Shown here: one piece after another, positions 19,832-29,203 of the stretch | Layout: each line of letters starts with the position of its first letter | Position numbering within the stretch: the stretch's first letter is position 1 | Source of the DNA: Abditibacteriaceae bacterium | GTDB taxonomy: Bacteria; Armatimonadota; Abditibacteriia; Abditibacteriales; Abditibacteriaceae | Length of the DNA stretch: 31,025 bases | Reading direction: 5' to 3' | Assembly: GCA_031372065.1 (NCBI GenBank) | Contig: JANMKN010000327.1 | Coordinates: 1-31,025 of the forward strand | The notes under the pieces: generated by a model | Told to the model about the DNA's origin: nothing | The model's input: only the letters and a program-made list of their open reading frames with translations | Databases searched by the model: none | Program-made: the position numbers and the translations under genes

Positions 19832-19887
19832 TTTGGAATGCAGGATGTGGAATGCGGAATGTCACTCCGCACTCCGCATTCCGCATT
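19832..19887. repeat. Heptamer-repeat palindrome (TGCGGAA type)
   Basis: TTTGGAA TGCAGGA TGTGGAA TGCGGAA ... CTCCGCA CTCCGCA TTCCGCA. Confidence 0.9.
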
Positions 19888-19896
19888 TGGAGAATT

Positions 19897-20229
19897 ATGG
19901 CAAAAGCGATTTTACGAGGTCTGCGGATGACGCCGCTCAAAGTGCGCCGTGTGGCTAAATTAGTGACCGGCAAGCCGGTGGACGAAGCGCAGGCAATGCT
20001 GGCGCTGGATACGCATCGCGCCGCGCCTGTGCTTTCCAAAGTGATTAAGAGCGCGGCGGCCAACGCTGTGAATAATGAAGGCGCTAACGAAGATCGCCTC
20101 ATCGTGAAAACCGTGATGGTGGACAAAGGTGCTGTTCTGCGCCGTTATTTGCCGCGCAGTCGGGGCCGTGCTGACATTATTCGCAAGCGTATGAGCCACA
20201 TCACTGTGGTTGTCGAGGAACAAGGCTAA
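19897..20229 (+). CDS. rplV: 50S ribosomal protein L22
   Basis: TPLKVRRVAKLV, SAAANA, PRSRGRA, SHITVVV; start at 19897 after SD GGAG. Confidence 0.97.
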   Translation: MAKAILRGLRMTPLKVRRVAKLVTGKPVDEAQAMLALDTHRAAPVLSKVIKSAAANAVNNEGANEDRLIVKTVMVDKGAVLRRYLPRSRGRADIIRKRMSHITVVVEEQG

Positions 20230-20234
20230 GATCA

Positions 20235-20291
20235 ATTGACGGTTTACGATTGATGATTCAAATTGTCAATCGTCAATCTACAATCGTCAAT
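20235..20291. repeat. Heptamer-repeat palindrome (ATTGACG type)
   Basis: ATTGACG GTTTACG ATTGATG ... TGTCAAT CGTCAAT CTACAAT CGTCAAT. Confidence 0.9.
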
Positions 20292-20307
20292 GATTTGAGG
20301 AGAATTT

Positions 20308-21042
20308 GTGGGTCAGAAAGTTCATCCCTACGGTTTGCGACTGGGCATCATCAAGACCTGGCAGAGCCGGTGGTATAGCAAGGACAATTACAAAGAATTC
20401 TTGCTGGAAGACGAAAAGATTCGCCGTTTCATTGTCAAGCATTTGAAGCGCAAGCCGACACGCGCGGCGGGCCGCGAACGCAACAACGACCCGGCACTCT
20501 CGCGTATTGAAATTGAGCGCAACGCTAATCGCGTTACGGTGAAATTGCATACTGCACGTCCCGGTGTGGTTATTGGTCAAAAAGGCGCTGACATTGAACG
20601 CTTGCAGAAATTGTTGAGCAAGCTGATCAAGCGTGATGTGCGTGTGACGGTTGAAGAAGTGCGCCAGCCGAACTTGGATGCCAAGCTCGTTGCCGAAAGC
20701 ATCGCGCAACAAATTGAGCGCCGCATTGCTTTTCGCCGCGCTATGCGCCAGACCTTACAGCGTGTCATTAAAGAAGGCGCCGAAGGTTGCCGTATTGAGG
20801 CTGCTGGCCGCTTGGCTGGCGCCGACATTGCACGCAAAGAAATGGTCAACGAAGGCAAGGTGCCGCGTCACACGCTGCGCGCCGACATTGATTACGGCAC
20901 CGCAGAAGCCGCCACCACTTATGGCAACATTGGCATCAAAGTGTGGATTTACAAGGGTGACATTATCGGTGATATGGAAGCGCCCGTTACAGGCATCAGC
21001 CGGGGTCGCCAGCGCAATCGCCGTCGGGATGAAGACGATTAA
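20308..21042 (+). CDS. rpsC: 30S ribosomal protein S3
   Basis: GTG start; GQKVHPYGLRLG, KH motif RPGVVIGQKG, HTLRADIDYG, GIKVWIYKG. Confidence 0.98.
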   Translation: MGQKVHPYGLRLGIIKTWQSRWYSKDNYKEFLLEDEKIRRFIVKHLKRKPTRAAGRERNNDPALSRIEIERNANRVTVKLHTARPGVVIGQKGADIERLQKLLSKLIKRDVRVTVEEVRQPNLDAKLVAESIAQQIERRIAFRRAMRQTLQRVIKEGAEGCRIEAAGRLAGADIARKEMVNEGKVPRHTLRADIDYGTAEAATTYGNIGIKVWIYKGDIIGDMEAPVTGISRGRQRNRRRDEDD

Positions 21043-21043
21043 G

Positions 21044-21109
21044 CAGGGGGCAGTGGCCAGTGAGCAATGTTCAGAAGACTGATCACGGCACACAAAACAC
21101 TGCTCACTG
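21044..21109. repeat. Heptamer-repeat palindrome (CAGTGNN type)
   Basis: CAGGGGG CAGTGGC CAGTGAG CAATGTT CAG ... CTG ... AACACTG CTCACTG. Confidence 0.82.
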
Positions 21110-21124
21110 AGGAGAAATACGACT

Positions 21125-21556
21125 ATGTTGATGCCCAAGCGGACGAAATACAGGAAACAACAACGCGGCAAGCGGCGCGGTATGGCGCATCGCGGCAACA
21201 CCATCGCCTTTGGCACTTATGCTTTGCAGGCCACCGAAGTGGCATGGCTTACCAGCCGTCAAATCGAAAGCGCTCGTATCGCCATGACCAGCTACATCAA
21301 GCGCGGCGGTAAAGTGTGGATTCGCGTGTTCCCAGACAAACCAGTGACGCAGAAACCCGCCGAAACGCGTATGGGTTCGGGCAAAGGTTTGCCCGAATAC
21401 TGGGTGGCGGTTGTCAAGCCGGGTCGGGTTTTATTTGAAATGAGCGGCGTTAGCCCTGAACTCGCCAAAGAAGCGATGCGGCGCGGTTCGATGAAGTTGC
21501 CGATGCGCTCCAAGTTCATCATGCGCGAGGAGGAAGCCAGTGGCGGATCTGAATAA
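21125..21556 (+). CDS. rplP: 50S ribosomal protein L16
   Basis: [33 protein letters not shown]. Confidence 0.98.
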   Translation: MLMPKRTKYRKQQRGKRRGMAHRGNTIAFGTYALQATEVAWLTSRQIESARIAMTSYIKRGGKVWIRVFPDKPVTQKPAETRMGSGKGLPEYWVAVVKPGRVLFEMSGVSPELAKEAMRRGSMKLPMRSKFIMREEEASGGSE

Positions 21557-21785
21557 ATTTTTGGGCGGCGGCACGCCGCTGAAGCTGAAAGATCAGCGCG
21601 ATCATGTGCGCAGTGCCAGTGAAGACGAGCTGCGCGAGGCGCTCGACACCGCGCAGTTTGAATTGTTAAATCTGCGCACGCAAGCGATTTTGCATCAAGC
21701 GCCAAACCCGATGCGGATTCGTCATGTGCGCAAAATGGTGGCGCGCATTAACGGCGAGTTGAATATGCGGGCGCAGAAAGCGTAA
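21540..21785 (+). CDS. rpmC: 50S ribosomal protein L29 (N-terminally extended)
   Basis: [31 protein letters not shown]; located between rplP and rpsQ; GTG start with SD GAGGAGG. Confidence 0.9.
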   Translation: MADLNKFLGGGTPLKLKDQRDHVRSASEDELREALDTAQFELLNLRTQAILHQAPNPMRIRHVRKMVARINGELNMRAQKA

Positions 21786-21805
21786 GCGGCTTAAAAGAGG
21801 AAAAA

Positions 21806-22081
21806 ATGTCAGAAGCAACAATCGAAGGTGGCCGCTCTGCGCGCAAAGTGCGCGAAGGTTTAGTGGTCAGCGACAAAATGGACAAGACGGCTGTAGTCGC
21901 TGTGGTGCGTTTGAAGCGTCACCCGCTTTATGGCCGCGTGCAACGCGTGACGAAAAAGTATCACGCTCACGACGAAACCAACGACTGCAAGCCGGGCGAC
22001 CGCGTGCGGATTATGGAAACGCGTCCCATCTCGAAAACCAAGTGCTGGCGCGTGCTGGAAGTTGTGGAAAGAGCGAAATGA
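21806..22081 (+). CDS. rpsQ: 30S ribosomal protein S17
   Basis: [33 protein letters not shown]. Confidence 0.98.
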   Translation: MSEATIEGGRSARKVREGLVVSDKMDKTAVVAVVRLKRHPLYGRVQRVTKKYHAHDETNDCKPGDRVRIMETRPISKTKCWRVLEVVERAK

Positions 22082-22156
22082 GTCAGTGGTCAGTGGTTGG
22101 TGGTCAGTAGTCGGTAAAGACTTCACTGCTCACAGCCCACTGTTCACTGCCCACTG
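22082..22156. repeat. Heptamer-repeat palindrome (CAGTGNN type)
   Basis: CAGTGGT CAGTGGT TGGTGGT CAGTAGT ... TCACTGC TCACAGC CCACTGT TCACTGC CCACTG. Confidence 0.88.
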
Positions 22157-22164
22157 GAGAAACC

Positions 22165-22533
22165 ATGATTCAAACAGAAACGCGGTTGCGTGTAGCAGAC
22201 AATTCGGGAGCGCGTGAGATTTTGTGCATCCGTGTGCTCAAAGGCAGCAACGCTAAATACGGCAACGTCGGTGACGTGATTATCGGCACTGTTAAAGAGG
22301 CCTTGCCCGGCTCAACCGTCAAACAGCACGATGTGGTGCGCGCTGTGATCGTGCGTACTGTAAAGGGCGTTTCGCGCCCCGATGGAAGCCATATTAAATT
22401 TGATGACAACGCCGCTGTTGTTATCAATGCGGATGGCAATCCGCGCGGCACGCGTATTTTTGGCCCTGTGGCCCGCGAACTGCGTGATCGCCGTTACATG
22501 AAAATCGTCAGCTTGGCGCCGGAGGTGGTTTAA
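22165..22533 (+). CDS. rplN: 50S ribosomal protein L14
   Basis: [36 protein letters not shown]. Confidence 0.99.
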   Translation: MIQTETRLRVADNSGAREILCIRVLKGSNAKYGNVGDVIIGTVKEALPGSTVKQHDVVRAVIVRTVKGVSRPDGSHIKFDDNAAVVINADGNPRGTRIFGPVARELRDRRYMKIVSLAPEVV

Positions 22534-22893
22534 ATGCCGCGTAAGGCCAAAGAAATCAATCGCAAACCATTGCATATTAAAACTGGAGATGATGTGATCG
22601 TCATTTCTGGTGATGACAAAGGAAAAACGCCGCGCAAAGTGCTGGCCGTTCTTCCCCGCCAACGCAAAGTCATCGTGGAAGGTGTCAACGTGATGAAAGA
22701 TCGCGTCAAGCAGCAACAGCAAGGTCGTCAATCGGGCATCAATGAGGAAGGTATCATTGAAAAGTCGTTTCCGATTCATGCTTCCAAGGTGATGTTGATT
22801 GACCCGAAGTCGAAAAAACGCACACGTGTAAAAACTTCCGTTGTTGGTGGCAAGCGCGAGCGTATTGCTGTTAAAAGCGGCGAAACAATTTAA
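22534..22893 (+). CDS. rplX: 50S ribosomal protein L24
   Basis: KOW motif IKTGDDVIVISGDDKGK, VEGVN, PIHASKVML. Confidence 0.96.
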   Translation: MPRKAKEINRKPLHIKTGDDVIVISGDDKGKTPRKVLAVLPRQRKVIVEGVNVMKDRVKQQQQGRQSGINEEGIIEKSFPIHASKVMLIDPKSKKRTRVKTSVVGGKRERIAVKSGETI

Positions 22894-22894
22894 G

Positions 22895-22956
22895 TGCGGA
22901 ATGTAAAGTGCGGAATGCGGAATAAAATTCCGTATACGCCCTTCTGCCCTCCGCAT
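22895..22956. repeat. Heptamer-repeat palindrome (TGCGGAA type)
   Basis: TGCGGAA TGTAAAG TGCGGAA TGCGGAA ... TTCCGTA TACGCCC TTCTGCC CTCCGCA. Confidence 0.85.
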
Positions 22957-23066
22957 TAGAAACCGGTCCGTTCAGCGGAGACTGAAACGGCCTGCCGGAG
23001 ATGAGAAAAGGCCCAGAGAATCAAAACCAAAGGGACTAAATCGAACGAAAACGAGACGATATTGAG

Positions 23067-23627
23067 ATGACACCGACACTCAAAGAACGCTATCAAAATC
23101 AGGGCATCGAAGCCTTGCGCAAGCAATTTGGCTACGATAACATTATGCGGGTGCCCCGGCTGGAGAAGATCGTAATCAACATGGGCGTGGGCGACGGTAA
23201 AGACGACGCCAAGCTGGTTGATGCCGCCGCCGCCGACTTAGCTGCTATCACAGGCCAGCGTCCAGCGATTCGCCGGGCCAAGAAATCTATTGCGAACTTC
23301 AAGATTCGTGAAGGTATGCCGATTGGTTGTATGGTGACCCTGCGGGGTGACCGTATGTGGGAATTCCTGCATCGCTTAATTCACGCTGCGTTACCGCGCA
23401 TTCGTGACTTTCAAGGTATTCCCGACAAGAGCTTCGACGGACGCGGCAATTACACTGTGGGCTTGCGCGAGCAGTCCATTTTCCCCGAAATCAATGTTGA
23501 CAAAGTGGTTCGCACACGTGGCATGGACGTCACGTTCGTGACCACTGCGCGCACCGACGAAGAAGCGCGTGCGCTTTTGACCGAAATCGGCTTGCCATTC
23601 CGCAAGCCGCAGGAACAACAGCAATAG
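23067..23627 (+). CDS. rplE: 50S ribosomal protein L5
   Basis: [36 protein letters not shown]. Confidence 0.98.
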   Translation: MTPTLKERYQNQGIEALRKQFGYDNIMRVPRLEKIVINMGVGDGKDDAKLVDAAAADLAAITGQRPAIRRAKKSIANFKIREGMPIGCMVTLRGDRMWEFLHRLIHAALPRIRDFQGIPDKSFDGRGNYTVGLREQSIFPEINVDKVVRTRGMDVTFVTTARTDEEARALLTEIGLPFRKPQEQQQ

Positions 23628-23636
23628 GAAGAAACA

Positions 23637-23831
23637 ATGGCTAAAGCAAGTCAAGTTGCCAAGTGCAAGCGGCTGAACGAAAAATCAAAGTTCAAGGCGC
23701 GCGTTTACAATCGCTGCAATCTGTGTGGTCGCCCGCGTGGCTATATGCGCCGCTTTGGTATGTGCCGCATCTGCTTTCGCGGCATGAGCCACCGGGGTCT
23801 TATTCCCGGCGTCACTAAGAGTTCGTGGTAA
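23637..23831 (+). CDS. rpsN: 30S ribosomal protein S14, short Zn-binding (type Z) form
   Basis: [10 protein letters not shown]...MCRICFR...IPGVTKSSW. Confidence 0.97.
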   Translation: MAKASQVAKCKRLNEKSKFKARVYNRCNLCGRPRGYMRRFGMCRICFRGMSHRGLIPGVTKSSW

Positions 23832-23859
23832 AGCGAGAAGCTAAAGAGGAAATTGAGTT

Positions 23860-24252
23860 ATGCAGACTGATCCGATTGCGGATTTTCTGACGGCCATTCG
23901 CAACGCTGCGAACGCACGCAAAACTGACGTGACGATGCCGTCTTCAAAATTAAAAGTGTCTATCGCCGAAATTCTCAAGCGCGAAGGCTACATCGGCGAC
24001 TTTGAGGTGCAGGAAGACAACAAGCAGAATCGCTTGAAAATTTCCCTGCGTTATCATGACCGCCAAGGCGTTTTTCAAGTGTTGGAGCGCGTTTCCAAGC
24101 CAGGACGCCGCGTTTATGTCGGCAAAACCGATGTTGAACGCGTTCTGGGCGGCTTGGGCGTCGCGATTCTGTCTACGCCACGCGGCGTTTTGACTGACCG
24201 TGATGCGCGTCGTCAAGGCGTTGGTGGCGAATTGCTGCTGCGCGTTTATTAA
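23860..24252 (+). CDS. rpsH: 30S ribosomal protein S8
   Basis: TDPIADFLTAIRNA, SKPGRRVY, STPRGV, VGGELL. Confidence 0.98.
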   Translation: MQTDPIADFLTAIRNAANARKTDVTMPSSKLKVSIAEILKREGYIGDFEVQEDNKQNRLKISLRYHDRQGVFQVLERVSKPGRRVYVGKTDVERVLGGLGVAILSTPRGVLTDRDARRQGVGGELLLRVY

Positions 24253-24331
24253 AGAATTTGTTTGGAGTGTGCCCCTCAGTGCGTTGAAAACACGCGTTGA
24301 CGCGCGCTCCAACACTTAACGGAGTAAGAAA

Positions 24332-24910
24332 ATGTCACGAATTGGACGCGCCCCCATTGCTGTTCCTCAAGGCGTCACCATTACCATTGATGGCAGCAAG
24401 GTCACCGCGAAGGGGCCAAAAGGCACCATCGAACGCGAAGTGCATTCCGAAATCAGCGTAGTGCAGGAAGATGGGCAATTGCTTGTCACCCGTCCATCTG
24501 ATCAGAATCGCCATCGCGCTTTGCATGGCCTGACCCGCGCTTTGCTCAACAACGCTGTGGTCGGTGTCAGCGAAGGTTTTACCCGCGTCATGGAATTGCG
24601 CGGCGTTGGCTATCGCGCTGAAGTGGCTGGCAAGGATTTAAATCTTGCTTTGGGCTATTCGCATCCCGTAAAGATGCGTATGCCCGAAAGTGTCACTGCC
24701 GAAGTCACGCCGTCCACGCCGACCATGGAAAATGGTCTGTTGGCGGCGACGATTACACTGCGTTGCCATGATAAGCAGGTCTTGGGCGATTTCGCCGCCG
24801 ATGTCAAAGATTGGCGCCCGGTTGAGCCTTACAAAGGCAAGGGTTTGCGCTATAAAGGTGAGCCTGTCAAGCGCAAAGCAGGCAAGCAAGGCAAAGATAA
24901 GAAGAAGTAG
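24332..24910 (+). CDS. rplF: 50S ribosomal protein L6
   Basis: MSRIGRAPI, GPKG, GVGYRA, LGYSHP, EPYKGKG. Confidence 0.98.
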   Translation: MSRIGRAPIAVPQGVTITIDGSKVTAKGPKGTIEREVHSEISVVQEDGQLLVTRPSDQNRHRALHGLTRALLNNAVVGVSEGFTRVMELRGVGYRAEVAGKDLNLALGYSHPVKMRMPESVTAEVTPSTPTMENGLLAATITLRCHDKQVLGDFAADVKDWRPVEPYKGKGLRYKGEPVKRKAGKQGKDKKK

Positions 24911-24981
24911 GCAGTAGTCAGAAGGCAGTGGTCAGAAACAGCAGTTTTCTTCTGATTACCGACTACTGAACCCTGACTACT
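24906..24981. repeat. Heptamer-repeat palindrome (CAGTAGT type)
   Basis: CAGTAGT CAGAAGG CAGTGGT CAGAA ... TTCTG ATTACCG ACTACTG AACCCTG ACTACT. Confidence 0.88.
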
Positions 24982-24996
24982 TTTTAAGAGGATACG

Positions 24997-25365
24997 ATGG
25001 CAAAGAATACCCCAAGTCAGTTGAAACATCGCCGCCATCTGCGCCTGCGGCAAAAAGTGACGGGCACAAGCGCCCGTCCGCGCCTCTGCATCAATCGCAC
25101 GCTGAAGCATATTCACGCGCAGATCATTGACGACGTGGCTGGCGCGACATTAGTGGCGGCTTCGACAGTGCAGGGCGCAGTAGGCGCACAAGTTGAAGGC
25201 GGCAAAGGCAGCAAAGCCGCAGCGCGCGTTGTTGGCGCGGTTATCGCCGAGCGCGCTAAAGAAAAAGGCATCGAAGCAGTCGTCTTCGATCGCAATGGCA
25301 ACAAATATCACGGCGCAGTTCGGGAATTGGCAGAAGCTGCCCGCGAAGCCGGATTGCAATTTTAA
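24997..25365 (+). CDS. rplR: 50S ribosomal protein L18
   Basis: [35 protein letters not shown]. Confidence 0.98.
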   Translation: MAKNTPSQLKHRRHLRLRQKVTGTSARPRLCINRTLKHIHAQIIDDVAGATLVAASTVQGAVGAQVEGGKGSKAAARVVGAVIAERAKEKGIEAVVFDRNGNKYHGAVRELAEAAREAGLQF

Positions 25366-25377
25366 ACGGAGTAAAAA

Positions 25378-26049
25378 GTGGCCCGAATTCAAGTTGATCC
25401 GGAACTGTTAAAAATCGAAAAACTGGTGCAGTTGAAGCCGGTTTCCAAGACCGTGAAAGGCGGTCGCAAGCGTCGCTTTTCGGCGCTGGTTGTTGTCGGC
25501 GATGGCAACGGTCATGTGGGTGTCGGCATGGGCAAAAGCGCAAGTGTGCCGGATGCCATCCGCAAAGGCCGTCAGCGCGCCGAGAAAACTCTTATCGAAG
25601 TGCCTTTGATTGATGCGACAATTCCGCATATGATCATCGGACGCATGGGAGCGGCGCGCGTCATGCTCAAGCCGGCTACGCCCGGAACTGGCGTTATTGC
25701 CGGCCCCGCCACACGTGCTGTTGCCGAAGCCGCTGGCATCAAAGACATTCTCACCAAGTCTTTGGGGTCGGACAACATCATTAACAACGTGTATGCTGCT
25801 ATGGACGGATTGGCTTCGATGCAAAAAGCACCGGATGTCGCCAAACGTCGCGGCAAGGAATTAAATAATTTGAGCCTGCCTGCCAGGCTGAAGGATGCGA
25901 GTCTTTATGAGTCAAGACAGCCCGAATACGCGCCTGACTATCAAGTTGAAGAAAAGCCCGATCGGCAATCCGACCGATCAAAAGGCGACCGTGGCCGCTC
26001 TCGGTCTCCGCAAGGTGGGGGCAACCGTCGTCCTGCCCGCCAACGATAG
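25378..26049 (+). CDS. rpsE: 30S ribosomal protein S5 with a long C-terminal tail overlapping rpmD
   Basis: GTG start; [34 protein letters not shown]; the frame stays open to 26049. Confidence 0.96.
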   Translation: MARIQVDPELLKIEKLVQLKPVSKTVKGGRKRRFSALVVVGDGNGHVGVGMGKSASVPDAIRKGRQRAEKTLIEVPLIDATIPHMIIGRMGAARVMLKPATPGTGVIAGPATRAVAEAAGIKDILTKSLGSDNIINNVYAAMDGLASMQKAPDVAKRRGKELNNLSLPARLKDASLYESRQPEYAPDYQVEEKPDRQSDRSKGDRGRSRSPQGGGNRRPARQR

Positions 26050-26104
26050 TGTCAGAGGCATGGTGTTCAAAGTGAAACACCTCGTGGAAGTAACGGAACA
26101 GTAA
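25907..26104 (+). CDS. rpmD: 50S ribosomal protein L30
   Basis: [11 protein letters not shown]...[12 protein letters not shown]...[14 protein letters not shown]; alternative start at 25895. Confidence 0.95.
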   Translation: MSQDSPNTRLTIKLKKSPIGNPTDQKATVAALGLRKVGATVVLPANDSVRGMVFKVKHLVEVTEQ

Positions 26105-26171
26105 ACAGGGTTCGGTGTTCAGTGGTCAGAAATTGGCCTGCTGTCCACTGAATACTGTCCACTGAATACTG
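26099..26171. repeat. Heptamer-repeat palindrome (CAGTGNN type)
   Basis: CAGTAAA CAGGGTT CGGTGTT CAGTGGT CAG ... CTG (TCCACTG AATACTG)x2. Confidence 0.88.
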
Positions 26172-26180
26172 GATAAGAAA

Positions 26181-26645
26181 ATGGAACTGTTGACATTAAC
26201 CAACATTAAGTCGGCGCCAGGTGCCCGCAAGCGCAAAAAGCGCGTCGGGCGCGGTATTGGTAGCGGACATGGCAAAACTTCGACGCGTGGCCAGAAAGGT
26301 CAGAATTCGCGTAACAGAGTAAAGCCGGGTTTTGAAGGTGGCCAAACGCCGTTGTTTCGTCGCTTGCCCAAATTGCGTGGCAAAGGCAAGGGCGCTATGC
26401 CCATCGGCTTGACGCGCAAGGTTTACGGCGAAGTAAATTTGCGCGAGTTGAATTTGCTGGACGCCGCAACGGTGGTAAACGCGGCGCTTTTGCGCGAGCG
26501 TGGCATTGTGAAAGGTCGCCACGACGGTTTGCGTGTGTTGGGCAATGGAGACATCACCAAAGCTCTGACCGTGCAAGCTCTGCATTTCACCGCAACGGCC
26601 AAAGAGAAAATTGAAGCTGCCGGTGGGACTTGTGAGATAGTTTAA
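26181..26645 (+). CDS. rplO: 50S ribosomal protein L15
   Basis: RVGRGIGSGHGKTSTRGQKGQ, FEGGQTPL.RRLPK, AKEKIEAAGG. Confidence 0.98.
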   Translation: MELLTLTNIKSAPGARKRKKRVGRGIGSGHGKTSTRGQKGQNSRNRVKPGFEGGQTPLFRRLPKLRGKGKGAMPIGLTRKVYGEVNLRELNLLDAATVVNAALLRERGIVKGRHDGLRVLGNGDITKALTVQALHFTATAKEKIEAAGGTCEIV

Positions 26646-26646
26646 G

Positions 26647-26720
26647 AGCGTTTAGCTGTTAGTAATTAGCAATGAGGCTTTAGCCCTTTGCTGAAAGCTG
26701 ACAGCTAATAGCTAAACGCT
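26647..26720. repeat. Heptamer-repeat palindrome (TAGCNNT type)
   Basis: AGCGTTTAGCTGTTAG pairs with CTAATAGCTAAACGCT; TAGC/GCTR cores recur every 7 bp. Confidence 0.88.
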
Positions 26721-26727
26721 GATTGTC

Positions 26728-28101
26728 ATGAAAAAAGCCTTAGAACCGTTGATTCTCGCTTGGCGAGTGCCCGAACTGCGTCAGCGCCTGTTGTTTGTGT
26801 TAGGCGCAATGGTCGTGTTCGTCTTCGCCATTCACATTCCTGTTCCCAATGTCAATCGCCCCCAGTTGGAAAAACTGATCAAAGAAAGCGCCGGGTTGTT
26901 GAATTTTATTGACATTTTTGGCGGCGGCGCTTTGCAACGGCTTTCGATTTTGGCTTTGGGCATTATGCCCTACATTACATCGAGTATCGTCTTCCAGATT
27001 CTGACGATTGCCTTTCCATATTTCAAGGAATTGCAAAAAGAAGGCGAATATGGGCGCCGCAAAATGGCGCAATGGACGCGTTGGGCAACTATTGCTCTCA
27101 CCATAGTCCAGTCGTTGATGGCATCCAAAGCGCTGGTCGCTTATGGCGTGAATACGCCCAATGTCAGTGGCGTGCAGTTTATGGTGACCACCGTAATCGC
27201 ACTGACAGCAGGCACGATGTTTCTCCTGTGGCTGGGCGAGCAGATTACCGAAAAAGGTGTGGGCAATGGCGTGTCGTTCATTATCTTTGCCGGTATCGTA
27301 GCGTCGATGCCGCGCCAGATGAGCCAGTTGGCAGAAGAAATGACGGCTTCTCCGCCAACGGTAAATCCATTTAGCGTTATCGGATTACTGGTGCTGTTTG
27401 TAGCAACAACGTATCTCATCATTTTGGTGACGCAAGGTGAACGCCGCATTCCAATTCGCTATGCGCCACGTCATGTTGGCGGTAAGCAAGTGCAGGCACA
27501 GCGTTCGTATCTGCCACTGAAAATGGCGGCAGCGGGTGTAATTCCCATCATCTTTGCTGTTTCCATTGTGTTGTTTCCCGGCCAGATTGCGACGTTTTAT
27601 ATGCAATCGCTACCCAAAGATGAGAACGGCTCCATACTTCAAGCGGGGATGGGCTTCAACGTAGCGACGACGATTCAGAATCTGTTTTCGCCACAAAGCG
27701 CCTTTGCCTCGATTTGCTATTTCTTTTTGGTGCTGGGTTTCACTTACTTTTACACGGCGGTCATCTTTGATGTGCGTGATTTGGCCGACAACTTGAAAAA
27801 GTTTGGCGGACAGATTCAAGGTTATGCGCCGGGCAACCCGACGCGGCAATTCATTGACCGCGTGCTGACGCGCATTACTTTTGCTGGCGGTATCTTTCTG
27901 GCCTCAATTGCTTTGTCGCAATGGTGGGCACCCGCCTTGTTAGGCTTGCATCGTCAGGAAGCACCGCGCACTTTAGTGGGCGGCACCAGTTTGCTAATCG
28001 TAGTCGGCGTGGCGTTAGAGATTATGAATAATCTTGACCAGCAATTGAAAATGCGCCAATACGAAGGTTTCGTTAAGCAAATGAAAAAAGGCCGACTTTG
28101 A
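26728..28101 (+). CDS. secY: Preprotein translocase subunit SecY
   Basis: SILALGIMPYITSSI, WLGEQITEKGVGNGVS, GVIPIIFA, GGTSLLIVVGV; about ten TM segments. Confidence 0.98.
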   Translation: MKKALEPLILAWRVPELRQRLLFVLGAMVVFVFAIHIPVPNVNRPQLEKLIKESAGLLNFIDIFGGGALQRLSILALGIMPYITSSIVFQILTIAFPYFKELQKEGEYGRRKMAQWTRWATIALTIVQSLMASKALVAYGVNTPNVSGVQFMVTTVIALTAGTMFLLWLGEQITEKGVGNGVSFIIFAGIVASMPRQMSQLAEEMTASPPTVNPFSVIGLLVLFVATTYLIILVTQGERRIPIRYAPRHVGGKQVQAQRSYLPLKMAAAGVIPIIFAVSIVLFPGQIATFYMQSLPKDENGSILQAGMGFNVATTIQNLFSPQSAFASICYFFLVLGFTYFYTAVIFDVRDLADNLKKFGGQIQGYAPGNPTRQFIDRVLTRITFAGGIFLASIALSQWWAPALLGLHRQEAPRTLVGGTSLLIVVGVALEIMNNLDQQLKMRQYEGFVKQMKKGRL

Positions 28102-28103
28102 CA

Positions 28104-28173
28104 AGTGCGGAATGGTGAATGCGGAATGCGGAATAGACACTCCGCATTCCGCACTCTGCACTCCGCATTCGCA
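28104..28173. repeat. Heptamer-repeat palindrome (TGCGGAA type)
   Basis: TGCGGAA TGGTGAA TGCGGAA TGCGGAA ... CTCCGCA TTCCGCA CTCTGCA CTCCGCA. Confidence 0.9.
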
Positions 28174-28817
28174 TGAGACTCGTTCTGCTGGGGCCGCCGG
28201 GGGGCGGCAAGGGCACGCAATCCCGCGTTTTGGCGGGGGAAATAGGCGTGCCTCACATTGCGACGGGCGATTTATTCCGTGCGGAAATCGCAGCGGAAAG
28301 CGAACTTGGAAAATTAGCTGACGCTTATATCTCGCACGGCAATCTCGTGCCGGACGATGTAGTCAACCTCATGGTGCGTGAGCGCCTTGGAAAACCCGAT
28401 TGTTCGGGTTTTGTGCTGGATGGTTATCCGCGCACGGTGCCACAGGCCGAATCGCTTGAAGGCGCGCTGAATCAGTATGGCCGGCCTTTGCAAGGTGCGA
28501 TTGAAATTGATGTGCCTGATGATGCGATTGTTGAACGCGCTGTGGGCCGTCAAATTTGCCCTGTGTGTGACGCGATTTATCACCTGACCGCGAAACCGCC
28601 CCGCCGTTTGGGAATTTGTGACGATTGTGGGTCGGTTTTAATTGTGCGCGATGATGACCAGCCATCCACAGTGCGGCGACGTTTGCAGATTTATCATCGC
28701 ATCACGGAGCCGGTTTTGGAGTTCTATCGCGTGCGGCATCTGCTGCACACCATTAATGGCGTAGGCAAGCCGGACGATGTTGGAAAAAGATTGCGTGCAA
28801 CGATTGGGGAGTTGTGA
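28173..28817 (+). CDS. adk: Adenylate kinase (Zn-binding LID)
   Basis: GPPGGGKGTQ, HIATGDLFR, LDGYPRT, CPVC...CDDC, RDDD. Confidence 0.97.
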   Translation: MRLVLLGPPGGGKGTQSRVLAGEIGVPHIATGDLFRAEIAAESELGKLADAYISHGNLVPDDVVNLMVRERLGKPDCSGFVLDGYPRTVPQAESLEGALNQYGRPLQGAIEIDVPDDAIVERAVGRQICPVCDAIYHLTAKPPRRLGICDDCGSVLIVRDDDQPSTVRRRLQIYHRITEPVLEFYRVRHLLHTINGVGKPDDVGKRLRATIGEL

Positions 28818-28927
28818 TAGAATCTCACATTCGGCTGTCCCAGTTTTGCTGCAAAAGAAAAAATGGTTTCGAAGTGGATTTTTGGAGACATTTCGGAGCG
28901 AGTTTGGGGACGCATTAAAAATTAACG

Positions 28928-29146
28928 ATGGCAAAAGATAAAGGTGTAGAGGTTGAAGGTGTGGTGCGCGAAACGTTGCCCAACGCCATGTTCCGTGTGG
29001 AACTGGAAAACGGGCACGAAGTGTTGGCTCATGTATCGGGCAACATCCGTCGTAATTACATCAAGATTCTGCCCGGCGACCGCGTGTTGTTGGAGTTGAA
29101 CGTCAACGATTTGACGCGGGGCCGGATTATTTATCGTTACAAATAG
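28928..29146 (+). CDS. infA: Translation initiation factor IF-1
   Basis: [37 protein letters not shown]. Confidence 0.98.
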   Translation: MAKDKGVEVEGVVRETLPNAMFRVELENGHEVLAHVSGNIRRNYIKILPGDRVLLELNVNDLTRGRIIYRYK

Positions 29147-29203
29147 TGGCGGATTTTCTGCTGCTAAAGGGTTTTCAGGGTTTTATCCCACCAGAGGTTC
29201 ATC

